Shown here piece by piece: positions 31,211 to 40,091 of a stretch of DNA of 64,000 nucleotides (the first letter of the stretch is position 1; every line of letters begins with the position of its first letter). The notes under the pieces were generated by a model that saw only the letters and a list, made by a program, of their open reading frames with translations, searched no databases and was not told the origin of the DNA. Origin of the DNA: Longimicrobiales bacterium (GTDB lineage: Bacteria > Gemmatimonadota > Gemmatimonadetes > Longimicrobiales > Gaopeijiaceae); contig CBDBCF010000001.1 in the NCBI GenBank assembly GCA_965202985.1, positions 1,920,001 to 1,984,000 of the forward strand, in the 5' to 3' direction. Made by a program: the position numbers and the translations under genes.

Positions 31211-32961
31211 CCGCGTCACCCCGAGCCGGTGCGGTACGGACCGCGGCGACGGGTGCCGTCGAAGCTGGACCCGTACAAGGCGATCATCGACGAGCGGCTG
31301 GCGGCGTATCCGAAGCTTTCGGCGACCCGCCTATACTGGGAGGTGTGGGAGTCGGGCTATGCGGGGAGCTGCAGCCAGGTCAAGCGGTACGTGCGGGGGT
31401 TCGTCCTCGTGCCGAGCCGGAGCCGGAGCCGGAGCAGCGGTTCGAGACGCCGCCGAGCTATCAGGGCCAGGTCGACTTTCGCGGACCTCGTGCTGCCATG
31501 GGGCAGGCGGTACGCGCTGGCAGTGGTGCTGGGCTACTTGCGGATGCTGTGGCTCCGGTACTACGAGCGGCAGACGATGGAGACGGTGGTCCGGGGTCTG
31601 GAGGGTGCGTTCGCGTTTTTCGGAGGCGTGCCCGCCAAGCTGCTTTTCGACCAGATGCGGGCGGTCCGCTGCTGGAGAATCGGAGTTCCTGCGGTTCAGC
31701 GCGCACTGGGGCCTCCGCATCCGGGCGTGCAGGGCAGGTCGGGCGAAAACGAAGGGGAAGGTCGAGCGTCCGCGTTCACGGCACGTTGAAGCAGCGTCCC
31801 GTGATCCGCTTCGAGGACGAGCGGGGCTGGCTCCTGCCGCTGGCGCAACGGCCCTATCGCTCGGTCGTCCCGGTCGCGGCTCGGCAGGCGGCACCGGAGT
31901 CGGGCGGTCCCGTCGTGGCGGTGGAGCGGCGGTCTCTGGCCGAGTACGCCAAGACCGCGGAGGCCGCGTCGCGAAAGGCGGTGTCGCGCAGAGACCGGAT
32001 CGAGGAGCTGCTGGCGGACTTGAAGATGCCGGGCGCGCTCGAAGCGCTTGCCGACGTGCTGGCCCGCGTCGACGGCGGCGCAGCGACGGCGGCCGAAGCG
32101 ATCGAGGAGCTGCTGGCGGCGCAGATCGCGTTGCGCAACAGCCGTCGGCTGGCGACGGCGATGCGGTCGAGCCGTTTGCCGTCGGTCAAGACGCTCGAGG
32201 AGTACGACTTCGCGTTCCAGCCGTCGGTGAAGCGGGAGCAGATCGTGTCGCTGCACGAACTGGGGTTCGTGGCACAAAAGGAGAATGTCGTGTTCATGGG
32301 CCCGCCGGGCGTGGGCAAGACGCACCTGGCGATCAGCTTGGCCGTCGCGGCGGCGCAGGGCGGTCGGCGTATCTACTACGGCACGCGCTCCGATCTCGTG
32401 GAGTCGCTCGAGGAGGCTCGGGCGGCCGGCTGCCTCAAGCAGCGGCTCAAGACGCTGACGCACCCGTCGCTGCTGGGGTCGACGAGATCGGCTACTTGCC
32501 GGTGAGCCGGAGCGCGGCGACGCTGTTCTTCCAGCTGATCGCCCGGCGCTACGAGCACGCCTCGACGGTGGTCACCTCCAACAAGGGGTTCGAGGAGTGG
32601 GGACGGATCCTGGGCGACGAAGTGATGGCGGCTGCACTGCTGGACCGGTTGCTGCACCGATGCCACATCGTCAACATCCGAGGCAACAGCTGGCGGACCC
32701 GGCACCATGCCGCCGAGCTGGCCAAGGCGCTGGAAGGTCGGCCGTCGGACGACGGCCCCGGAGACGAAGGGAGCGGATCGTGACCAGGAATTGGGGCCAG
32801 GGCCTCGTCGCCACCAAGAACGCCGTCGCGACCTGGACGATCACGCCGGCACTCCACGTCGCGGGAACCCGCCCCCGGTCGCTCCGCTCCCTACGTTCGG
32901 GTCCCCATGAGTGTGCAATTTTCGACGGCCAAGAAAGTGCAATCTTCGACGGTTGCTGACA
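31210..32961 (+). mobile_element. degenerate IS21-family element (istA truncated/frameshifted, istB frameshifted)
   Basis: IstA-like SKLDPYKAIIDERL, RFETPP..QGQVDF, KGKVER. IstB-like KTLEEYDF, GPPGVGKT, DEIGY, TSNKGF, LLDRLLH. Terminal repeats gtgcaattttcgacgg/gtgcaatcttcgacgg and an end at ...TGACA 32961. Confidence 0.85.
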
Positions 32962-33664
32962 ACCCACTCCGCGTTCGACCCTTCTTCGGACGCTTCCCGT
33001 CCAGCTTCGCCAACTCCGCGCGCGTCGGCGTCTCGATCCCCGACGACCGCGCCAACTCTCGCAACCACGCCTCGTAGCCCGTGCCCCCGTCCCGACGCAC
33101 GATCGAACGCATCGCCGCGTCCGCCTCCAGCGTCGTTGAGTCCACGCCCAACGTCCCGACCCCCAGCAGCCCTAAATCGTCCAGCAGCCTCAGCACGCGG
33201 CCGAACGCCGCGACGTGTGCCTCCACGCTCGACCGCTTGCGCGTCTTCGACAGGCTCGAATGGTCCGGCGCGGGTTCTTCGTCAGCTCGTACCCCAGGAA
33301 CGCGCGCAGCGAAAACGAGTCCCTGCAACGCCAGGCGATGCCTCGCTCCGACGAGATGCCCTCCAAGTACCCCACCATCAGCCCCGGGAAGTACACCCCG
33401 GAGGATTCCTCGGCCGGCCCCCGTTGCCCGCGCAGAACTCCGCGCACACCTCCTCCTCGAACTTGTCGAAGCTGTCCTCCCGCAACAGCTTGTCCAGCGC
33501 CCGATAGAACGGATGCTCGGTCACGCCGAGCTCGCTCGTCGCCACGACCAGCGCCTGCTGGTGCACGCTCGGACGCTCGCCTACCGTCCTTCGAGGGGAT
33601 CGTTCCGTCACTCCAATCTAATCCCAACCAATCGCCGGCTCGTAAGGACTTTATCCACGGGCTG
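32962..33664 (-). mobile_element. truncated second copy of the 26748..28275 IS
   Basis: Diverged copy of ~27560-28275 with the same terminal tttatccacgggctg|CTAG. Cut off by the IS21 end; several frameshifts. Confidence 0.88.
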
Positions 33665-34537
33665 CTAGTCGATAGCACGTATGATCAGATCCATAATATC
33701 TTCCAACTCCTTACGGTTGAGCACACTCAGCTCCCGAACCGCCTGAACCGCACTCAAATTTCTGCACGCACGAACAAGCCACTGAGCATTCGCTAGTCGT
33801 TGATTGCCACTCAACTGGATGGTCTCGGCGAGTCGTGTAACAAAGGCCTCTCTAATCTCATGCGATCCCATCACCGAATTTCGTGATACAATCATAACGA
33901 CCAACTTTTCCCAGTATGTCTTGCTCAACCGGACTAAGTCTCGAACCTTCTTCGTCAGATCGGCGTCGTTTCGACCTACCTGAACCGCAAGGCGCTCTCT
34001 CCACCAAGTTCGGGCAAATGGGCAATCCACGTAAACCGTTCGATTGCCTCTCGCTTCCGGCAGACCACTAAGCCGCCGGAGAGCCGTCCGAACGCAATCA
34101 TCCATCATCTTCGCACGCTTCTTCCCGGCCCTCCGAAGCGCCCGGTCAATTCGTTCGGCACCACCGGCGTACGAGCCATTGGCCGCCAGGTAGGCCGCCT
34201 TGATCCGGCCCTGCCGAATGTGATGACAGGTGATGTTGCCCCAGAAGGACGATCGGCATGCGATCCGCGGAGTGAGCATCTCCCATACGTCGTAGAGCAT
34301 CAGCTGGGTGTCCACGGGAGGCTCCCGGTATTCCGTTTCCGTAAGGGGATGTGGACAGAGGGAAACGGTCCCCTTGCCGGTCACCGGTATACGCCCGATA
34401 AACTCCAGAAATTGGTGGTCTTCCTGCAAAGCATACAAGAATTCTTCTTGAAGCTCGCCACCCTTCTCTCGCAGAAGATCCCTTCGGAGCCTCGAGAACG
34501 CTGCATTGTCAAGCTCCTTGTTTCCCACTTTAGCCAT
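33665..34537 (-). CDS. hypothetical protein (LTP.IA...FW / ARTWW motifs, reminiscent of DUF6339)
   Basis: Clean 290-aa lower-GC ORF in the operon. The family resemblance is recalled and unverified. Confidence 0.7.
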   Translation of the reverse strand: MAKVGNKELDNAAFSRLRRDLLREKGGELQEEFLYALQEDHQFLEFIGRIPVTGKGTVSLCPHPLTETEYREPPVDTQLMLYDVWEMLTPRIACRSSFWGNITCHHIRQGRIKAAYLAANGSYAGGAERIDRALRRAGKKRAKMMDDCVRTALRRLSGLPEARGNRTVYVDCPFARTWWRERLAVQVGRNDADLTKKVRDLVRLSKTYWEKLVVMIVSRNSVMGSHEIREAFVTRLAETIQLSGNQRLANAQWLVRACRNLSAVQAVRELSVLNRKELEDIMDLIIRAID

Positions 34538-34540
34538 TAA

Positions 34541-35386
34541 CTACATTTCTCCGTTGTCGCTACTGTCAAGCTGCTGATGTGGGTACATGGCCGTCGCTAC
34601 CTCTTCAGGCCGGAACTCATCGTCCATCCATCTAGGAAGGTCTTCATCGTCGAGGTATTCTGCCAGTGCAACAAGATGTCGATCCGTCTGCCAGCGCTCT
34701 TCTTCGCGAAAATCACGCTGAAGTAACGCAAAGCAGGCCGTCACTATGTGCGTCATGATATGATTCCGAATATGGCTTCCCGTACTGTATCGTAAAAAAC
34801 GATGCAAATCGGTGCTTAAGGTCACTACAAACCGAAATGGTTGGCTTTCTGCGTCCACCATAAACGTACCATCTGACAAGTCTCCATCCTGTTTGAGATA
34901 CAACAGATGCAATACCGTAGGCTTCATCCGCACGACAGGTCCGATCGCTATACGGGAGCCTTTGTCGATTTTCACCGTTCGACCCGTCCACGAAGGGTGA
35001 ACATCATCCCGATCGGAACACAACGTCAGCGTTCGTGACTGAAATGCTATCACCATTGGAGTAAGCAACGGCGATTCTCCCATGTCGTCAGCACTCCAGG
35101 ACACCTCCTGTGTAGCCTCCGCCGAGAAGTGTACTCTCCGGTAGGACGACACAGGCGATGACACTGCGCAACAATATCTAGCGGCTCCTTCCCTAACTAA
35201 TCGTCGAACCAATTCAGCGTTCTGCATATCATGCTGCAACAAGAACGACGACCGTTCCTTTCCTGGTCTGAAGTCGATAGCATACTGGCCACTCGGATAC
35301 GACATGTTCCCTGCTTCTAGAACGGGATACCGTCTGGATTTCGTTGCGTTCGCCTCGGAATTCGCGAGCGCAACGATCTGAGTCAT
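34541..35386 (-). CDS. hypothetical protein (N-terminal YPVL motif)
   Basis: 281-aa ORF, ATGA-coupled to the GHKL gene, with a GGAGGAGG RBS. Confidence 0.75.
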   Translation of the reverse strand: MTQIVALANSEANATKSRRYPVLEAGNMSYPSGQYAIDFRPGKERSSFLLQHDMQNAELVRRLVREGAARYCCAVSSPVSSYRRVHFSAEATQEVSWSADDMGESPLLTPMVIAFQSRTLTLCSDRDDVHPSWTGRTVKIDKGSRIAIGPVVRMKPTVLHLLYLKQDGDLSDGTFMVDAESQPFRFVVTLSTDLHRFLRYSTGSHIRNHIMTHIVTACFALLQRDFREEERWQTDRHLVALAEYLDDEDLPRWMDDEFRPEEVATAMYPHQQLDSSDNGEM

Positions 35387-37329
35387 CGACCTCCTCCTTC
35401 TTTGATTCCCGGCGCTACCTCAACCACGAGACTGGCGCTAGGCGCCTGGACGGCGTCAAAATATCCTGGTAGCGAGTAGCTTGCTTCCACCGTGACCTTT
35501 TGGCCTTTGGCAAGGGAGCCCAGTTGGACGCCAACGACTTTGCCGTTCTCCATCAGCAGCACGCAGCCGTCCGCGGCCGTACCGTCTACAAGAACATCGC
35601 ACAATTCTACGTCGGCCTTGGCGTCGCGAACTATACGGTCGCATGTTGAATCGATATTCTCGTCCACAAACAGGCGCAACTCCGCGGATCTACACTGGCG
35701 ATGGCATGTGACCTCAATGCGTCGTCGGTCAACTGACACGGGCACCGTGACGGCGCTGAATAGGGACTCGACGCTCCGCCTCCTGCTTCGACCCGATGGA
35801 TCTACCGTGCTATTACTAGGCTCGCGTCTTCTGGATCGCCCTTGCTGTGACCGAACAGGGTTCCTCTCAGGGCTCCTTTGGCCAACAGCCACTGGTGTGG
35901 CCCAAGAGTCACTGCCACCCCCAAAGTCAAGCACGAGAATGTCGTCCGGACTAAAGGCAGTGTCGGAGACTTCATTGGTATTGTCCAGCAGCCAGTCACG
36001 TAACTCTCCAAAGGCTTTTTTGATGGCCACTCTATCCTCTTTGCCTAAATTTTTGACATTGAGCTTGTCGTGAAGGGGGCCTTCGGCCTCTCTGACTAGG
36101 CGATACAGTTCTGTCGTATCGTCATCGAGCAACAAAAGCGCGTGAAATGGTCGACGATCTCGAAATTTGTAATAAAATCCTGGAATGCCGCCCTTCGGCG
36201 TCTTGTCGTCGGTGATCCACATTCCGTTTCTGAGAAGATCGACCCTAGGACTCCCGGATTGCTTCTGGAGCAGCCGTATTCGCAACGAACCGTGCGACGT
36301 CTCGACCGGAAAATAATCTTTCCCTCGTGTGAGAGCGGTGTAGCTGTCATAGGCTTTCGAACCGCTCAGAAACGCCTTCGATCGTGTTTTCTGTCGGTTG
36401 TCGGTTAGCACGCCACCAATATTGCTGTGGTCAAGGGTCCGAATCCCCGAATCGAGGTGGGTGGCATCGCCTGGGTCCTCGACATGTACAACAAGCTGTC
36501 GTTCGGCGATGGCTTGGAAGAAATTGCACGCCGCAGCCTCCGACACCATGTCCCAGAGAGATCGTGACTCTCGAAAGTTGTTGAAGGAAGGAATGATGAC
36601 GACGCTCCCATAATCCGCATCAGCCAGCAAATCGCTTAGTTGATCACGGATGACCTTAGGTATGTTTGAGCCACGAGCGCAATCGAACAGCTTGCCATTA
36701 CGACCGTTGCGAAACCCCTTGATCAGAAACCCGTCGCCGGAACAGACGTGTGTGCTTGCCATATCGTGTGAGGCATGTGAAGCAATGACCGCGTGACCGG
36801 AACCGATTGTCTCGCCTGTATTGAGGAGGCCTCCATAGAGCAGATAACGTAAGTCCGACGCAGGGATAGCAACAGAATGTCCGTTTCCGTACGTGCCGGA
36901 GGCACCGCCACCCTTGGCGCTTACCCCGTCGCTGAGGAGGGCGTTCATGCGTCGGTCGTCAAGCCCTATACCGTTGTCAAAGATCGACAGTACGCTCTGC
37001 GTCTCCTGTCGCAGCGCATGATCAATCGTCCTTATCACTGAAGAGGCTGTTGGAGCCAGACTGCCACCTGCCATTTCCTCCTGCATCTTAACGGCAGCGT
37101 CAAACGCCCCCTCGTAAGCTCTAATGCCCGGAATGTCGTCCGTGGCCACCGTGGCGAGCCGAAAGCGGACTATAGCTTTGTCCCGGCCGGCCTCGCAGGC
37201 TGCGTCGAACGAATTCTGGACAAGCTCCCGTACAACCGCTGCCGGGCGAAGGTCGTCAAACGCCGCAATCCCGGCTGGGTTGAATCCCTTAATGTCGCCG
37301 GCGGGGCCAAACCGCAGACGAACTGCCAC
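35383..37329 (-). CDS. GHKL (HSP90/MORC/MutL-like) ATPase domain protein
   Basis: VVRELVQNSFDA (N box), IFDNGIG (G1), SAKGGGASGTYGNG (G2), followed by a long uncharacterised C-terminus. Confidence 0.8.
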   Translation of the reverse strand: MAVRLRFGPAGDIKGFNPAGIAAFDDLRPAAVVRELVQNSFDAACEAGRDKAIVRFRLATVATDDIPGIRAYEGAFDAAVKMQEEMAGGSLAPTASSVIRTIDHALRQETQSVLSIFDNGIGLDDRRMNALLSDGVSAKGGGASGTYGNGHSVAIPASDLRYLLYGGLLNTGETIGSGHAVIASHASHDMASTHVCSGDGFLIKGFRNGRNGKLFDCARGSNIPKVIRDQLSDLLADADYGSVVIIPSFNNFRESRSLWDMVSEAAACNFFQAIAERQLVVHVEDPGDATHLDSGIRTLDHSNIGGVLTDNRQKTRSKAFLSGSKAYDSYTALTRGKDYFPVETSHGSLRIRLLQKQSGSPRVDLLRNGMWITDDKTPKGGIPGFYYKFRDRRPFHALLLLDDDTTELYRLVREAEGPLHDKLNVKNLGKEDRVAIKKAFGELRDWLLDNTNEVSDTAFSPDDILVLDFGGGSDSWATPVAVGQRSPERNPVRSQQGRSRRREPSNSTVDPSGRSRRRSVESLFSAVTVPVSVDRRRIEVTCHRQCRSAELRLFVDENIDSTCDRIVRDAKADVELCDVLVDGTAADGCVLLMENGKVVGVQLGSLAKGQKVTVEASYSLPGYFDAVQAPSASLVVEVAPGIKEGGGR

Positions 37330-37332
37330 CGG

Positions 37333-38502
37333 CTATGCCCCCACCAAGGTGCTAGCCATCGCAACGGCATCTGTCAACACGGCCGATGCTGTGGCAACAT
37401 CGTCTTCGGTAGTGAAGCGCCCCAAGCTGATTCGTATTCCCGTGGACGCCCGTTCGTAGTCGCAGCCAAGCGCCATGAGTACCCTAGAGGGCTTTGAGGC
37501 TACGGACGTGCAGGCGGCACCAGTCGAAATGGCGATCCTGTGGGAAACAGTGGAGAGTAGCTCCGTACCCCGAAGGCCGGGGAACCCGACATTGAGGTTG
37601 CCGGCTATGCGATGATGTCTGTGGCCGAACAGTCTCATGTCTGGACGACTGTCGCAAAGCTGGTCCGCCAACCAGCGAGAGTAACGAGACATGCGAGCAA
37701 CGTCTGACTGCCACTCGATTGCTGCCAGTTCGCTGGCCTTGCCTAGTCCCACGGCCAGCGGAACAGGAACGGTGCCAGGTCGAAGGCCTCGTTCCTGACC
37801 GCCACCGGCCAGAATGGGAGCGATCGGAGTTCCAGAACGCACGTACAGAGCCCCGATGCCCTTGGGACCGTACATCTTGTGTCCTGAAATACTGAGTAAA
37901 TCCACATTCCAGGCGTCGACGTCAATCTCCATCCGGCCCGCGGCCTGCGTTGCGTCACTGTGGAACAGTACGCCGGCTCGCCGGCACATTTTTCCAATCT
38001 GTTCGACTTCTTGAAGCACGCCAATCTCATTGTTGGCCGCCATCACCGACACGATCAGCACTTGGTCGTCCAAAGCCCGCTCGAGGTCGTCCATGTCGAG
38101 GATGCCGTCACGGTCCACTGGTAGAACGACCGAATCGATGTTGCGTTGATCGAGATGAGCGACCGTCTCCAGCACGGCGGAATGCTCCGTGGCAACAGTG
38201 ACGACCTTACGACGCTGAGGGTACCGATTTGCGTTGACGACTCCCTGGAGGGCGATGTTGCAGGACTCGGTTGCCCCAGCCGTCAACACAATCTCTTCGT
38301 CGTCTGCATTGACAAATCCCGCGACGAGTGCGCGCGCCTTCTCAACTTCGCCGAAAGCATCCCATCCGTAGCCGTGTCCGTTTGAATGCGGATTACCGTA
38401 ACGAGTGCGAAAGAAAGGTAGCATGGCCTCGAGGACACGCGGATCGAGCGGCGTAGTCGCCTGGTTGTCGAGGTAGATCGGATGGCTCGGCACGCTACTC
38501 AC
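37333..38502 (-). CDS. cysteine desulfurase (IscS/NifS/DndA/SspA-like)
   Basis: IYLDNQATTP, HSDATQAAG, SGHKMYGPKG (PLP Lys) and STGAACTS (catalytic Cys). GTG at 38502 overlaps the upstream stop. Confidence 0.93.
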   Translation of the reverse strand: MSSVPSHPIYLDNQATTPLDPRVLEAMLPFFRTRYGNPHSNGHGYGWDAFGEVEKARALVAGFVNADDEEIVLTAGATESCNIALQGVVNANRYPQRRKVVTVATEHSAVLETVAHLDQRNIDSVVLPVDRDGILDMDDLERALDDQVLIVSVMAANNEIGVLQEVEQIGKMCRRAGVLFHSDATQAAGRMEIDVDAWNVDLLSISGHKMYGPKGIGALYVRSGTPIAPILAGGGQERGLRPGTVPVPLAVGLGKASELAAIEWQSDVARMSRYSRWLADQLCDSRPDMRLFGHRHHRIAGNLNVGFPGLRGTELLSTVSHRIAISTGAACTSVASKPSRVLMALGCDYERASTGIRISLGRFTTEDDVATASAVLTDAVAMASTLVGA

Positions 38503-39875
38503 TCCGTGCAGTCGCAGGGCAGGAGGCTCTCCGAGTACTTGGGAAGAACCTTTCCGTTGGACTCCTCCAGCTTCTCGTACGTCATCCCTTTCGCGCCGAA
38601 GAAGCCGATCGTCGTACTCTCGGGGTTCCCGGTGATCTTCCGGCCCTCCTCTTTCAGATCTCGGCCATACCTTTTCTCCATGCGTACCCACCAACGGATA
38701 TCGGACGGCGTGTCTCGTAGCGAACCGAAATCGGCTACGTCTTCTTCCGCAGCTGAATGCATGCGTTCATGCACATCTTGGAGATTGGACATCCCCTTCA
38801 GGAAGCAGTACACGCAGTTGGAAAGGCTTCCTTCGCCTGGTAACGACAGGTTCCATTGCTGCTGGTCCCAAAACGCGTTTACGTCGTCGCGAGCTATTGC
38901 CATGTCTGCCAGGGGCATGTAAACATGCTCGCCTTCGTAGCCGGAGGAACCCGGACCAGAATTGCGGGCTGAGACGCGGTTGACACGCTTTTCTTCATCC
39001 GCCCGAAGGCCGACGAACGCGACATATTCGACACCGCCGCCTCCGAACGAAACGCGATTTCCGTAGGCCTTGCCGTCTAGCAAGGGGTTGGCGAAAGGGA
39101 CCCACGCCGGACAGTAGTCTCTGTACCGCTGCGTAGGACGGACGTGCGGACGACCGCGGGAATAGGCACGCTTCTTCAGGAATATCTTTCTCGGAACCTC
39201 GCCATTGTTATTCTTGTGCCGCTTGTACAATGTGTCATCGTCCAGACGGGACTCGGTCCCATAGTGTCCAAGACGAGGGATCGCATCCGTACCAGCTAGC
39301 CAATCGCGAAGGAAATGTCGTGTGGCTTCAAGTTTCATGCTTTGAGTGCAGATGCGGCTAAAGACGTTCGGAACATAGCCGGAATAAGATATCAGCTCCT
39401 CAAAGACCTCTCCGCGCCAGTGAAAGCCATTCGGGTTGTCTTCGGAACGGGGCTGGTCATTGACTAGGCGGTAGGCTGGGAGACGAGTCCATTCCCCGTG
39501 TCGAGCGTCTTCGTACGTTTGGTATTCGATCCAGAAGAAAGGTATCCCGTACCGATTCGAAGCGCGCATGCAGTCTTGAACGAATCGATACGTGTCGGTG
39601 TGCTCAGCTGAAGTATTATTGAAGACGATCACGTCACCGCGGCTCGGCTGAAGAATCTTGTTCTCCAACAACACAAACAGCAACATGCCGCTAGAGCGCC
39701 CGCCCGAGAACTTCACGACGTGCGGCAAGTCCAGATGTTTCTTGGCACGGTAGCGGAAGCGGTACTCTTTGGTGGGATCGTGCCGTGGGGGCGGCTTCCG
39801 CAACTTGCCGGAGACGACGAGCCGTGGGACGGCCTGGAGCGTGAGCTGCGAATCGCTGCCGTTCCGCTCTCGCAT
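38499..39875 (-). CDS. PP-loop adenine nucleotide alpha-hydrolase / PAPS-reductase-like, Cys-rich (putative Fe-S) protein
   Basis: VKFSGGRSSG (PP-loop variant), FNNTSAEH, RICTQSMK, VGLRADEEKR, SNCVYCFLK and a C-terminal PCDC. ATG at 39875 with GAGG upstream. Confidence 0.8.
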   Translation of the reverse strand: MRERNGSDSQLTLQAVPRLVVSGKLRKPPPRHDPTKEYRFRYRAKKHLDLPHVVKFSGGRSSGMLLFVLLENKILQPSRGDVIVFNNTSAEHTDTYRFVQDCMRASNRYGIPFFWIEYQTYEDARHGEWTRLPAYRLVNDQPRSEDNPNGFHWRGEVFEELISYSGYVPNVFSRICTQSMKLEATRHFLRDWLAGTDAIPRLGHYGTESRLDDDTLYKRHKNNNGEVPRKIFLKKRAYSRGRPHVRPTQRYRDYCPAWVPFANPLLDGKAYGNRVSFGGGGVEYVAFVGLRADEEKRVNRVSARNSGPGSSGYEGEHVYMPLADMAIARDDVNAFWDQQQWNLSLPGEGSLSNCVYCFLKGMSNLQDVHERMHSAAEEDVADFGSLRDTPSDIRWWVRMEKRYGRDLKEEGRKITGNPESTTIGFFGAKGMTYEKLEESNGKVLPKYSESLLPCDCTE

Positions 39876-40091
39876 TAGTCGGCGACCTCGGGTAGGCGTG
39901 GTGGAGAGAAGAGTTCCGCTGCTGGGTCTTTCATGGCGTGCATGGTCACTCGTAGTACGATGGCACGGCGCTCCGTTCGTGGCAAGTGGCGCGAGTGGTA
40001 CCGGTCCTACCGAAGGCCGACCTTCCAAGCTCCCCTTCCAGCGGCTAGCTTCCGAGGTCCCCGCCATCTTCTCCCCGCCGCCAAGTTGCCC

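Noticed and set aside
32910..32961. Short direct repeats as a possible CRISPR array or iterons
   Set aside because: Only two copies, at the TGACA end of an IS21 element. They are transposase-binding terminal repeats, and no cas genes are present.
33665..39875. Calling the island a canonical dnd, ssp or isc/suf/cys cluster
   Set aside because: No recognisable DndB/D/E, SspB/C, IscU/SufBCD or CysDN/CysIJ. The ATPase is GHKL-type, not P-loop/SMC-like.
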